Below, one piece after another: positions 36,370-46,383 of a stretch of DNA of 64,000 bases. The position numbers and the translations under genes are program-made. The notes beneath the pieces are model-generated. The model did no database searches, was not told where the DNA came from, and worked only from the letters and a program-made list of their open reading frames with translations. The stretch comes from Verrucomicrobiales bacterium (GTDB lineage Bacteria > Verrucomicrobiota > Verrucomicrobiia > Limisphaerales > Palsa-1400), in contig PLGF01000173.1 in the NCBI GenBank assembly GCA_003138485.1, positions 31,281-95,280 on the forward strand. Direction: 5' to 3'. Each line of letters starts with the position of its first letter. Within the stretch, counting starts at the first letter, position 1.

Positions 36370-39300
36370 AATGGTGTCGTTTCAGTTCAATTTCATTTTC
36401 CGTGCGCGGGCTGCCAGACCCACCGCTAACCAATGCGAGATTCCGGGGCCAAAGGGGCAGATTATTTGATCGAAGCGAGATCGGGCCAGGCAGGGGGAAT
36501 GCCAACCGCCTGCCGGTCAGCATAACACAACCGGGAATCCCAGTTCGGGGGGTCCCTGACTTTTCGGCAGAGGCGATTTCCTCCAAAGTGGGCGCGAACC
36601 AAAGGTGGGCGTAGCCGGTTCCACCAAAGACATCCCAAGAGGTGACACCCAGCAGGTAGCGCCCATCGGGTGAAAACTTGAGACCATGAATCTCTAATCC
36701 CTCGGCGCTGAGCGTCAATACCTCATCAAGCGTCTCGAGGTCCCATAATTTGATGGCCTCCGGGCCGGCGCTTCCGACCGCAAGACGCCGGCCATCGCGC
36801 GAAAAGGCGACCGCGCTCACTCCGGACCGGTAACCGCGCTTGGGCGTTTCCACCGGTTGCCCAGTCGCCATATCCCAGAGTCGAAAAGTAATTTCCGCAT
36901 TAAACGCCGCCGCCGCCAGCCGGCCATCGGGCGAAACGGCCAAATCCAGAACATCGCCCGACTGATCTCCTAGGTCTAAAGCCTCAACCATTTTAGGAGC
37001 TTCGTTGAGCTTGGTCACATCAAAGAAGCGGAAGACCCCTTCCGAGCCGATGACGTAAGAATTCGGCAGCGAGGTTGTAAAGTCGTCGGTGACTCCCTTG
37101 TAATGAAGGGCGTTTGCCGAACGCGAGACCACCCTGACTCGCGAACTCAATTCGTCTGTGTCTGCCTTGGGAGGAAGTGCGAAGGAACTCTCCCGTTGCC
37201 AGGTGTCCGCGTCCCATGCCTCAAGAACCAGATTCGTCACTGGACCATATAAGGTGACGAGGAACTTCCCGTTGCCCGTGAATCGCACGTCGTCCAACTG
37301 TCCCGGTGCGGCGACAAAATTGGTTCTCTCCAAACCGCTGGTCACATCCCAGACGCTGAGATGCCCCTTGCCTTCGATCCTCACCACCCGCTTGGCATCC
37401 GGCGAGATGGCAATGTGCCGATTCGTGGAGCCGCCCCATAAATGACGCGTTTCCTTGAGGGTCGAGACATCCCAAAAATCCACCACGCCTCCCGGCTCTA
37501 TCCCGAGGATGGATTGGCTGTCAGGGGTGAACATGCCAGCATTCCAGTAGATCGGCGGGCCTGGAAGCGTCTGGTACCCAAGGTGCTGGGATGCTTTGGC
37601 CGGATCCCAGAAGTAAACCGATCCATCCAAGCAACCGCTGGCCAGGGTCCGGCCGTCCGGGGACAAGGCCAGCCCATATATTCCGTCCTGATGACCGCGC
37701 AGAATGCCTGCGGCTTTTCGTTCGGGCCAGTTCCAGAGCCGGATCATGGAGCCGCACGACGCGATGAGCCGTGTGCCGTCTGGCGTGAAAAGCAAATCGC
37801 TCACCCAACTGTTGAGGCTCTCCAGCGAACCGTCGGCCTTGCCGGTGTGCGCGTCCCAGAACCGGATGGAATTATCGAGCCAAACTCCGCTCGTGAGCAG
37901 GGTGGAACTGTCCGGCGAGAACATGACCGCCAAGGGGTGTTTTGCCGCAGTCGTCTTAATTGTGAACCGATCTTTGCCGTCTTTTAGGTTCAGTACTTGG
38001 GTGCGCCCACCCTGCACGCAGACAGCGAAGGCCGAGCCATCCGGTGAGATGGCGCATGGCCGCCCCCATTCGTAGGAGTACGAGCCGGAGAACCAGGTGG
38101 ACGGGCTGCGCCCAATGTCCCGGTGCCAAACCTGCTGCCCCGAGTCAACCTGCCACTCTGTCAGAATGCACTGGCGATCAGCTTGGAAGGCCTCGGGATT
38201 GGGCCGCTGAACGACCGCCAGCAACAGGCTATCATCCGGGGTGAAACCAAGCCACTTGGTAATACCCGAAGGTGTTTCAAACCGGGTCTCATTCTGGGTG
38301 GCCATGTCCAAAAGCGTGATCGAATCATGATTAGTGGGAAATTGACCAACGACGAAAGCTAGGCGGTTACCGTGGTGTGCAAAGACCGGCCCCCAGGCGT
38401 TCGTCCGCTGCAAAACCGTCTGGCGCGAACTCAGTTTGATCACCACCAGATGGCCGCCGTGTTCCCGGGCCAGGAGCCGGCCATCCCCGCTGAAGGATAA
38501 ACGCTCGAACTGAGAGTCAGAGCTGGGAAGGAAGGCCTCATGCTCATCGGCCCGCGCCTGGGTCCAGAGATAGCGCCATTCCCAATCGCGCAAGTCCGTC
38601 TGCCCCGCCTGCGGTATTTCGCGATCGAGCAACGAGTGGGCCTTTCCAAGATCATCTGCCGCCAACGCCTGCTGGACCAGGTTCATGTGGGAAATGTAAG
38701 CGCTGCGCCGGGCGGCGAGAGCCTGCTCTTCGGCGTTCTTCTGACTTGCTAGAGCGTCCTTCGCGCTGGCTTGCTCTGCCTTCTCTGCCAGCTCTGTTTT
38801 CTTCTGGCTGGCTTGGGCTTCCCGGGCGCTATCTTGCGCTTCCGTTGCACTGGCTTGCGCGGCCTGCTCTGCCAACTGCGCTGCTTTCCGCTGTTCCTGT
38901 TCTCCCGCCCGAGCCTGAACTGCTTTGTCCTTTTCAAGGCTCGCCTGATGCCAGCTAATAGTGGCCAAGCCCAAACCGGCGACCAACGCGATTAGCACCG
39001 CGGTCCCAGCGGCGAAGGCAAGCTTGTTCCGGCGAATCGCCTTCTGAAATTTGTAGGCCGCGCTGGGCGGGCGCGCGATCACTGGCTCGTTGCTCAGGTG
39101 GCGTTGGATGTCCATTGCCAGGCCGTTGGCGGTTTCGTAACGGCGGGTGCGGTCCTTTTCCAACGCCTTCATCACAATCCAGTCCAGGTCGCCGCGTATC
39201 AAATGAACCAAGCCCGGAGGCTCGGCGTGGCGGTTTTTGGCGATCAACGTCAGATCGGCATCCAGCATGGTGCTCAATCGAGTCGAGGGACGCGCCGGCT

Positions 39301-40231
39301 CTTGGTGTCGAATCGTGCGGCGGATTTCATCCAGGCCGGCCTGGAGCAGCTTTTTAGCGTCAAATGGCGTCTGGCCGGTCAATAACTCGTAAAGCAAAAC
39401 CCCCAAAGAATAAATGTCGCTGCGCGTGTCAATATCCAGTGCGCTCATCTCCGCCTGCTCCGGGCTCATGTAAGCGGGCGTGCCGATGAACTGCTCGAAA
39501 ACGGTGAAGAGCGTTTTGTCGGTCAATTTGCCTTCCGTCGCCTTGGCGATGCCAAAGTCAATCACCTTGGGCACGGGGACGCCGTCGTTCATCGTCACCA
39601 AGATGTTCGAGGGCTTGATGTCCCGGTGAATGACCCCCTTCTGGTGCGCATGTTGAATGGCCCGACAAACTTGAATGAACAAATCAAGCCGCTCCTTCGT
39701 GGAGAGGTTGTTTTGGTCGCAGTAATCGGTGATCTTGATGCCGCGTACCAGTTCCATGACAAAATAGGGCCGACCCGTGTCCGTGGCGCCCGCATCCAGC
39801 ACCTTGGCAATGTTGGGATGATCCATCAAGGCCAGCGCCTGCCGCTCCGCCTCAAACCGGGCGATGACCGACTTGGTATCCATGCCCAGCTTGATGACTT
39901 TGAGCGCGACCCGGCGGTGAACGGGTTCCTCCTGCTCGGCCATATAGACTACCCCACAACCGCCTTCGCCGATCTGCTGGAGCAATTTATAGCGGCCAAT
40001 GCGGTCGCCGGGTTTATTGGCGGGGAGACGGAGGGTTCCCTCTGGCGGAACGGCAGCCGGACTTTCGAGGAAGGCACCGGCTTCATCGCTGGCTTGAAGC
40101 AGTTCCTCAACGCGTTGACGCAAGGCGGTATCGCCGGCACAGGCCTGATCAAGGTAAGCGACGCGCTCCGCGACCGGCAACTTCAGAGCCGCGCTGAAAA
40201 CCTCAATTTCGCGATCACCGGGATCAATCAT
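36362..40231 (-). CDS. Ser/Thr protein kinase with a transmembrane segment, a coiled-coil region and C-terminal WD40 beta-propeller(s)
   Basis: Hanks kinase motifs (VALKVIK, HRDIKPSNILV, DFGIAK, SPEQ). A single TM (LAFAAGTAVLIALVAGLGLATI). A Gln/Ala/Glu-rich coiled coil. Many WD-like repeats (RGHQDGIYGLALSPDGRTLASG...). Confidence 0.85.
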   Translation of the reverse strand: MIDPGDREIEVFSAALKLPVAERVAYLDQACAGDTALRQRVEELLQASDEAGAFLESPAAVPPEGTLRLPANKPGDRIGRYKLLQQIGEGGCGVVYMAEQEEPVHRRVALKVIKLGMDTKSVIARFEAERQALALMDHPNIAKVLDAGATDTGRPYFVMELVRGIKITDYCDQNNLSTKERLDLFIQVCRAIQHAHQKGVIHRDIKPSNILVTMNDGVPVPKVIDFGIAKATEGKLTDKTLFTVFEQFIGTPAYMSPEQAEMSALDIDTRSDIYSLGVLLYELLTGQTPFDAKKLLQAGLDEIRRTIRHQEPARPSTRLSTMLDADLTLIAKNRHAEPPGLVHLIRGDLDWIVMKALEKDRTRRYETANGLAMDIQRHLSNEPVIARPPSAAYKFQKAIRRNKLAFAAGTAVLIALVAGLGLATISWHQASLEKDKAVQARAGEQEQRKAAQLAEQAAQASATEAQDSAREAQASQKKTELAEKAEQASAKDALASQKNAEEQALAARRSAYISHMNLVQQALAADDLGKAHSLLDREIPQAGQTDLRDWEWRYLWTQARADEHEAFLPSSDSQFERLSFSGDGRLLAREHGGHLVVIKLSSRQTVLQRTNAWGPVFAHHGNRLAFVVGQFPTNHDSITLLDMATQNETRFETPSGITKWLGFTPDDSLLLAVVQRPNPEAFQADRQCILTEWQVDSGQQVWHRDIGRSPSTWFSGSYSYEWGRPCAISPDGSAFAVCVQGGRTQVLNLKDGKDRFTIKTTAAKHPLAVMFSPDSSTLLTSGVWLDNSIRFWDAHTGKADGSLESLNSWVSDLLFTPDGTRLIASCGSMIRLWNWPERKAAGILRGHQDGIYGLALSPDGRTLASGCLDGSVYFWDPAKASQHLGYQTLPGPPIYWNAGMFTPDSQSILGIEPGGVVDFWDVSTLKETRHLWGGSTNRHIAISPDAKRVVRIEGKGHLSVWDVTSGLERTNFVAAPGQLDDVRFTGNGKFLVTLYGPVTNLVLEAWDADTWQRESSFALPPKADTDELSSRVRVVSRSANALHYKGVTDDFTTSLPNSYVIGSEGVFRFFDVTKLNEAPKMVEALDLGDQSGDVLDLAVSPDGRLAAAAFNAEITFRLWDMATGQPVETPKRGYRSGVSAVAFSRDGRRLAVGSAGPEAIKLWDLETLDEVLTLSAEGLEIHGLKFSPDGRYLLGVTSWDVFGGTGYAHLWFAPTLEEIASAEKSGTPRTGIPGCVMLTGRRLAFPLPGPISLRSNNLPLWPRNLALVSGGSGSPRTENEIELKRHHYD

Positions 40232-40458
40232 GTAAAGACGCCATCACTTTCCATCATCCAATGCGTAAAACCAGGGCAAAGGGCGCAACGAATGTGGCGG
40301 GCAGGCCGCCGAACCATTTCTATCACTGCATCTATCGCCCGCTTTCCATCCGGGCGCAAGCAGCCGCATTGCACTTGCGCGGGCGCATTCCAGTTCCGAC
40401 AGCCCAGGACCGCAGGTTGACGCCGCATGTGGGTTGGGGCATCCTGCCGGCGCCTTCA

Positions 40459-41532
40459 ATGAATAAATGCAAAGGAAATGCTGGATCGCCGGGTCCCGTG
40501 ACAGTGAACACTTCGACGGGAACTTGGGTTCAAATCAAAGGCCAAATCTCGCGGCGCGTCTCCATCATCGCCGTCATTGTGGCCAGCCTGGTTGCGGATG
40601 CCGCCTGGGGGCAGGCCTCCGCGGGAAGTTCGCCCGCGCCGGCCACAAATGCCTCAACCGCCAGCGGCATGGCGCGCGGCACACGCCGCAACAACCGCGC
40701 TCCGGCGACACCGCGCAATCCCGTGCCCATTCTGCCTGCCTTGCCCGCTCCCAATGACAGGTCGTTTTATGCCAGCAACGACGTGCCGCATGGCCGGGTG
40801 GAACAAGTGAATTACAAAACGTCCGCGGGCGCCGACAAGCGCATGCGCGTCTATCTCCCGCCCGATTACGACGCCGATGCCGGCAAGCGCTACCCGGTGC
40901 TTTACCTTAATCACGGTGGCGGCGAAAACGACAGCCATTGGAGCGCCACCAATCCGAGTTCGGGGGGCTTCGCGAATTTCATTCTTGACAACCTCATCGC
41001 CGCCGGCAAGGCGCGGCCGATGATCATCGTCATGCCCAACACCAGCGGCGTGGTTTCAGGCACGCCGCCCAAGCCGGGGGAGGATGACGCCTGCTCGCGC
41101 GAATACTTGCAGGACATCCTGCCCTATGTTGACAGCCACTATAGGACGCGCGCCAATCGAGAGAGCCGCGCCGTTGCCGGTCTTTCCATGGGAGGGTTTG
41201 TGGTCCTCAACACGGGCCTGACGCATCTGGACACGTTCGGCGGGCTGTTTGTGTTCAGCTCGGGTTACTGGCCCGATCAACTTCCGGCTTTTGAGCAAAA
41301 CATCCAGCCGCTGCTCAGCCAGGCGAACATCAATGACCGCTTCCGGATGCCGATCTATTTCGCGGCCGGCGAAACGGATATCGCGCTGCTCAACAGCCAG
41401 CGAACACTGGCGGTGTTCAACAACTGCGGCGTCCGCAATTTCTGGGTGCTCAGTTCCAACGGCCACGAGTGGTTGAACTGGCGGCGCTATCTCTATCAAA
41501 CCGCGCAGATTATGTTCCCCGAAGACCGTTGA
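40459..41532 (+). CDS. secreted esterase (putative esterase family, PF00756-like; enterochelin-esterase / esterase D fold)
   Basis: YPVLYLNHGGGENDSHW, the nucleophile elbow GLSMGG, and a signal-peptide-like hydrophobic stretch. The exact start is uncertain (internal Met at 40459; the ORF opens at 40261). Confidence 0.6.
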   Translation: MNKCKGNAGSPGPVTVNTSTGTWVQIKGQISRRVSIIAVIVASLVADAAWGQASAGSSPAPATNASTASGMARGTRRNNRAPATPRNPVPILPALPAPNDRSFYASNDVPHGRVEQVNYKTSAGADKRMRVYLPPDYDADAGKRYPVLYLNHGGGENDSHWSATNPSSGGFANFILDNLIAAGKARPMIIVMPNTSGVVSGTPPKPGEDDACSREYLQDILPYVDSHYRTRANRESRAVAGLSMGGFVVLNTGLTHLDTFGGLFVFSSGYWPDQLPAFEQNIQPLLSQANINDRFRMPIYFAAGETDIALLNSQRTLAVFNNCGVRNFWVLSSNGHEWLNWRRYLYQTAQIMFPEDR

Positions 41533-41567
41533 GGTGACATTCTAAATTATTCTTTGACAACAGAGTT

Positions 41568-41822
41568 ATGGAAAGTTTGATCGAAGAACTCAAAGCCAAG
41601 ATCATTGCCGGGTTCAACCTCGAAGGCGTCACGGCCGCGGACATCAATCCTGACGCGCCGATTTTTGGCATGGGTCTGGAGCTGGATTCCATTGACGCCC
41701 TCGAACTGGTCGCCATTTTGGAGCAGGACTACGGCATCGTCATCCTCGAACGCTCCGTCGCGGACAAAGCGTTCGCCTCCCTCCGCGCTCTTGCCGAATT
41801 CGTCGCCGCCAACCGCGTCTGA
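41568..41822 (+). CDS. acyl carrier protein
   Basis: 84 aa; phosphopantetheine attachment motif GLELDSIDALEL. Confidence 0.8.
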   Translation: MESLIEELKAKIIAGFNLEGVTAADINPDAPIFGMGLELDSIDALELVAILEQDYGIVILERSVADKAFASLRALAEFVAANRV

Positions 41823-44215
41823 TGTCCCCGCGGAATCCAGTCATCACCGGCGCCGGCATCGTATGCGCCGCCGGCCGTGGCGTGGCGCCGGTCTGGGAAT
41901 CGATCCGCTCCAACCGCTCCGGCCTTGGCCCGCTCACCTTGTTTTCCTCGCCCCGCTACGCGAACCACCTCGTCGGCCAGGTGCGCGACAATGTGGACGC
42001 GCTCGCCGGCAACGTGCGCGGCTCCCGCTCCGACAAACTTTCCTGGATTGCCGCCCGTGAGGCTCTGGCCGCCGCCGGTCTCGACTCCGCCCCGGCCAAT
42101 ACCGATCCGCTTCGCGTTGGCGTGATGCTCGGCGCCACGGTCGGCGGCATGTTGGGAACGGAAAAGTTCCTCGCCGCCCTCCTCCGTGAAAATAAACATC
42201 GTTTCGGCCCGCTGCGTTTTCACGAATGCGCCTCCGCCGCGGACTTGTGCGCCGGTAAAATCGGCGCCCTCGGCCCGGTTGCAACCCTTTCCACCGCCTG
42301 TTCCGCCGGCGCGATGGCCATTCTCGCCGCCGCCGAACTCATTGAACAAGGCGAAGCCGATCTCATGCTTGCCGGCGCGGGTGATTCACTCTCCCAGTTT
42401 ACCCTCAACGGCTTCGGCTCGCTTCTCCTGCTCGACCCCAACGGCTGTCGTCCCTTTGATGCGCGGCGCGCCGGCATCAGCCTGGGCGAAGGCGCGGCCA
42501 TGCTCGTCATTGAAGCCCGGGAAACCGCCCTGGCGCGCGGCGCGAGAATTCTCGCGCGCCTCACCGGCTGGGGCGCGAGTTGCGACGCCTTCCACGCCAC
42601 CGCGCCGCGGCCCGACGGCTCCGGCGCGCTCGCCGCGATGGAAAGCGCTCTCCAACGCGCCCGGCTTCGGCCCGGTGAAATTGATTTTGTCAGCGCCCAC
42701 GGCACCGCCACGCCTGACAACGACGCCATGGAAACGCGGGCGTTGAAACAGCTTTTCGGCGGCTGTCCGCCGCCCGTGGCCTCGGTAAAACGGTTCTTCG
42801 GCCACACGCTTGCCGCGAGTGGCGCCATCAAAGCCGTCCTGGCCGTTCAATCGCTCCTCGAACAGGCTGTGCCCGGCACGCCCGGCTTCGAGGTTGCCGA
42901 TCCCGCTCTTGGCCTGGATCCGGTGAGGGTGTTTCGAGCGCAGCCCCTCTCGCGCATCTTGAGCAACTCGTTCGGCTTCGGCGGCAATAACGTCGCCCTC
43001 GTGATTGAACGCGCCGATTCCGACCAGAGCGCGCCAGCGCCCCTAGCGCCGCAACCGGAACGGACGCGCTCCAAAGGATTCGCCATCGTCGGCGTTGGCG
43101 CGGTCAGCGCCGCCGGCGGCTCGCCCGGGGAAATCGCGGCGGCCTTTCGCAACGGCGGCCCGGCGGTTTCGCCGTTTCCAGTGTCTGTCAGCTCGCCCGC
43201 GGCGCAGGCGAGGGTTTACGCCTGCGGCGACTTTGGCGCGGATCAATTCATTGGACCAGGCAGACGCCGCAAGTTGAGCCGGCTCCAACAAATGGCGCTC
43301 GTCGCCGCGCGAAAGAGCTTCGCTTCCGTCCCCGCTCCCGTTGCGCCGGAGAAAATCTGCGTCGCCATCGGCACCGGCCTTGGCTCCGTCAACGATACGG
43401 CCGCGTTCGTGGAAAACATGATTTTGAAGGACGAACGCGCGCCGCGCCCCGCGCTCTTCACCAGTTCGGTCCATAACTCGCTGGCTTCGCAGATTGCCAT
43501 TGAACTGAATTGTTCGGGCTTGAACTCAACGCCCATCCAGCGCGAGATATCTTTTGAGACGGCTCTCTGGCAGGCCGCCACCGAACTGGCGTCGGGCCGC
43601 GCGGATTTCGCGCTCGCCGGAGCGGCGGACGAATTGAGCCGGCATCAACTGGCCGCCGGCATCCGCTGGGGCTGGTGGCACGAGGCGTCGCCGGAAATCC
43701 GGCCCTTTGCCGGCGCTCTGAAAAACCGCCAGCGCCCCCTTCCCGGCGAAGGCGGCGCGGTGGTCACGCTCACCCGCGAGGACAATCCCATTCCGCCCCT
43801 CGCGTATGTTTCGGCCATCCGCATTGGCCGTTCCGAACAGCCGAACGCCGCGGTCGAGGCGCGCTGGATTGTCCAGACCCTCGAACGCGACGGCATCTCA
43901 CCCGGCAGCGTGGATTTGCTTCTGACCGGCGCAAATGGTTTGACGGGGCCCGATAATTTTTATCGCGCCGTCGCGGAGGAATTCTCGCGGCTGGCCGGAC
44001 GGAGCATACCGTGCGGCGCCTACAAACGCGCGTGCGGCGAACACCATTCCGCATCGGCCTTCGGCTTTCTTACTGCTGTCGGTTTGGCGCGCGGCGGAAT
44101 CGCGCCGGAACTTTGCGCGATGGACAAGACAACCTTGCCCGGCGGTTGCCGGACCGTGGTGCTCTTGACTTTCACGCCGTCGGGAACGAAAGGAATGTGT
44201 TGCGTCCGCGCCTGA
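41822..44215 (+). CDS. fused beta-ketoacyl-ACP synthase (KS, active-site Cys in TACSAG) and chain-length-factor-like second KS domain
   Basis: 797 aa. The first domain has the Cys-His-His architecture (STACSAG; SAHGTATPDND; FGHTLAASG). The second ~380-aa domain has the KS fold but lacks the Cys. The start codon overlaps the ACP stop (ATGA). Confidence 0.75.
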   Translation: MSPRNPVITGAGIVCAAGRGVAPVWESIRSNRSGLGPLTLFSSPRYANHLVGQVRDNVDALAGNVRGSRSDKLSWIAAREALAAAGLDSAPANTDPLRVGVMLGATVGGMLGTEKFLAALLRENKHRFGPLRFHECASAADLCAGKIGALGPVATLSTACSAGAMAILAAAELIEQGEADLMLAGAGDSLSQFTLNGFGSLLLLDPNGCRPFDARRAGISLGEGAAMLVIEARETALARGARILARLTGWGASCDAFHATAPRPDGSGALAAMESALQRARLRPGEIDFVSAHGTATPDNDAMETRALKQLFGGCPPPVASVKRFFGHTLAASGAIKAVLAVQSLLEQAVPGTPGFEVADPALGLDPVRVFRAQPLSRILSNSFGFGGNNVALVIERADSDQSAPAPLAPQPERTRSKGFAIVGVGAVSAAGGSPGEIAAAFRNGGPAVSPFPVSVSSPAAQARVYACGDFGADQFIGPGRRRKLSRLQQMALVAARKSFASVPAPVAPEKICVAIGTGLGSVNDTAAFVENMILKDERAPRPALFTSSVHNSLASQIAIELNCSGLNSTPIQREISFETALWQAATELASGRADFALAGAADELSRHQLAAGIRWGWWHEASPEIRPFAGALKNRQRPLPGEGGAVVTLTREDNPIPPLAYVSAIRIGRSEQPNAAVEARWIVQTLERDGISPGSVDLLLTGANGLTGPDNFYRAVAEEFSRLAGRSIPCGAYKRACGEHHSASAFGFLTAVGLARGGIAPELCAMDKTTLPGGCRTVVLLTFTPSGTKGMCCVRA

Positions 44216-44226
44216 CCAGATACCAG

Positions 44227-44982
44227 ATGATTGTCGTCGCCACGCTCTGCGCGGCGGCGGTGATTTGTATTTCCCTTCGCGGTGCGGAGCGGATTTGGTG
44301 CCTGGCGGCGCTTTGCTCGCTGTCCGGTTTGTGCGTCGGTCTGGGCGTGTCGTTTCCGCGATGGCAGATGTTCGGGGAGAGTATCTGCGCCGCGGCGGCA
44401 AAACGGAAGATCGTCGCGCTGACCTTCGACGACGGACCGGACGCGCGGAACACGCCCGAATTGCTGGCGCTTCTGGCAGGGCGGAAAATTCGCGCCACGT
44501 TCTTTTGCGTGGGAATGCGCGTCGCGCAACAGCCTGAACTTGTCAAACGCATGGCTGCGGAAGGCCACGCCATCGAAAACCACTCCTTCCTCCACAGTCC
44601 TTTCACGAACATTTTCTCCGTCCGGCGCCTCCGGGGCGATTTGTCGCGCGCCCAGGCCGAAATCACCCGCGCCGCCGGGCGCGCGCCGGAGTTTTTCCGT
44701 CCGCCGGTGGGGTTGACCAATCCCCGGGTTTTCCGCGTAACGGGCGAGCTGGGTTTGAAAGTGGCCGGCTACACGGCGCGTGGATTGGACCGGCGAGGTG
44801 ACGCGCCGGAGGAGATCGCCGGGCGGTTGCTGCGCGAACTCCAGCCCGGGGCGATTTTTTTGCTGCACGACGGCGGCGTGCCGTGCAAACGGCTGCTGGC
44901 CGTGGTGACGTTGCTGTTGGACAAACTGGAGAGCGAAGGCTATCAATGCGCGCGGCTGGATGAATTGATCGCAGAACAATGA
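44227..44982 (+). CDS. membrane-anchored polysaccharide deacetylase (NodB domain)
   Basis: Two N-terminal TM segments, then ALTFDDGPD, HAIENHSFLH and FFRPPVG motifs. Confidence 0.7.
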   Translation: MIVVATLCAAAVICISLRGAERIWCLAALCSLSGLCVGLGVSFPRWQMFGESICAAAAKRKIVALTFDDGPDARNTPELLALLAGRKIRATFFCVGMRVAQQPELVKRMAAEGHAIENHSFLHSPFTNIFSVRRLRGDLSRAQAEITRAAGRAPEFFRPPVGLTNPRVFRVTGELGLKVAGYTARGLDRRGDAPEEIAGRLLRELQPGAIFLLHDGGVPCKRLLAVVTLLLDKLESEGYQCARLDELIAEQ

Positions 44983-45668
44983 GAATCCCCGACCGCAAAA
45001 TCATGCTGTGTTCATTGCTGCTGGCGATTTTCCCGCCCCGCGCCGGCGCCCAGACCAACCCGCCCGCGTCGCTGGAGAATATCAGCGCCGCGATGAGCCG
45101 GGCGCGAACGCTGTTCATGCGCTTCGTCCAGGAACGCCATTTGTCACTTTTCAACGAGCCGTTGCGCTCGGAGGGTTTCCTTTGCTTTCAAAAACCGGGC
45201 CGCATCCGCTGGGAGACCACCGTCCCCTACAAATCCATTTTGGTTTCCGACGGCTTCGGCACGGCGCAGTTCGAGTGGATGGACGGGAAATGGACGAAGC
45301 TGGATTCGGGCCTGGGCGACGCGCTGCAAAATGTCATGTCGCAGATCGCCGGCGTGATGGACGGGCGCTACGCCAATGACCGGCGGAGCTACGCCGCCAC
45401 GGTGACGAACATCGCCGGCGACCTGGTCGTCACGCTCGTTCCCCAAAACGAAACCGTGCGCACCATGATGGCGGCCATCGAAGTGCATCTGGCGGCCGAT
45501 TTGAAGGAAACCCGGCGCGTCGTGCTGCGCGAAAATGGCGGCGATTACACCGACATCCGCTTCAGCGAACAGTCCGTCAATTTTGAACCGCCTGCGGGTA
45601 CTTTTGACCGCGGCGCGCCCGTGGACATCGGGAAAATCCGTTCGGCGGCAGCCAACGCCAAACCGTGA
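44979..45668 (+). CDS. LolA-like outer-membrane lipoprotein carrier protein (cluster-associated)
   Basis: Signal peptide and LolA-fold sequence features (FVQER...SEGFLCFQKPGRIRWETTVPYKSILVSDG), in the position typical of the LolA-like gene of aryl-polyene-type clusters. Confidence 0.55.
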   Translation: MRIPDRKIMLCSLLLAIFPPRAGAQTNPPASLENISAAMSRARTLFMRFVQERHLSLFNEPLRSEGFLCFQKPGRIRWETTVPYKSILVSDGFGTAQFEWMDGKWTKLDSGLGDALQNVMSQIAGVMDGRYANDRRSYAATVTNIAGDLVVTLVPQNETVRTMMAAIEVHLAADLKETRRVVLRENGGDYTDIRFSEQSVNFEPPAGTFDRGAPVDIGKIRSAAANAKP

Positions 45669-45672
45669 GATC

Positions 45673-46383
45673 ATGACCGCGGGGCCAGGCAAAACGATAT
45701 TGTTGACCGCGCTGTATGTCGCGCTCAACGGCGGCTGCGCGGCGCGGGGTCCCATTGCCGCGCCCGCGGTTTTGCCCGATGACGGCGGCCGCCAGGCCGC
45801 ATTTGCCCGCGCCGGACGGACGATCGGGAATCTTTTCCCGGCGCAATACCGCTCAACCCAGCGCGCCATCGTGACGGCGGGCGGCAAGCAGTTCGCCTGT
45901 GACGGTTTGCTGAGCGTCTCGCCAGCCGAAGGCCACCACCTGGCCATAGTCAGCAGTTTTGGCGTGGTGACGGATTTGCGCGTGAAGGCGGATGGCGCCT
46001 GCGAACTGCTCAAGGTCACGCCGCTGTTCCGCGAAGACTGGAGCCGCCGGTACGTTGCGCGCGATTTGCGCCGGCTGTTCATTGCGCCGCCGAATTTGCG
46101 GCCCGCCGGCCGGCTCGCCAACGACAGCATTGTTCTGGAGACCGCGCCGGATTCCGACGGTGTGACGGCGCAATACATTTTTTCCGCCGACGGCGTCCGC
46201 TGGCTGGCGTTGGATTTGATTCGGAACGGGACAGCCCATTACCGCGCGACGCCGAAAAACTTCCGCAAATTCCCCGGAACGTCCGCCGAAATCCCCGGCG
46301 GGTTTGAGGTCAGCGCGGAGGCCTATCGCCTGGATCTGCGAATCACGGAACTGGCCGCGCCCGGAACGGAGGCGCAGCCGTGA
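45673..46383 (+). CDS. lipoprotein of unknown function (possibly DUF3261-like)
   Basis: Lipobox LNGGC after a signal peptide. No recognisable catalytic motifs. Confidence 0.45.
   Translation: MTAGPGKTILLTALYVALNGGCAARGPIAAPAVLPDDGGRQAAFARAGRTIGNLFPAQYRSTQRAIVTAGGKQFACDGLLSVSPAEGHHLAIVSSFGVVTDLRVKADGACELLKVTPLFREDWSRRYVARDLRRLFIAPPNLRPAGRLANDSIVLETAPDSDGVTAQYIFSADGVRWLALDLIRNGTAHYRATPKNFRKFPGTSAEIPGGFEVSAEAYRLDLRITELAAPGTEAQP

Noticed and set aside
40261-40458. N-terminal 66 aa of ORF 40261-41532
   Set aside because: It is Arg/His-rich, with no signal peptide and no homology. The esterase most likely starts at the internal Met near 40459 (or a nearby GTG), which is followed by a hydrophobic signal-like segment. 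The upstream part is divergent-promoter DNA shared with the kinase gene.
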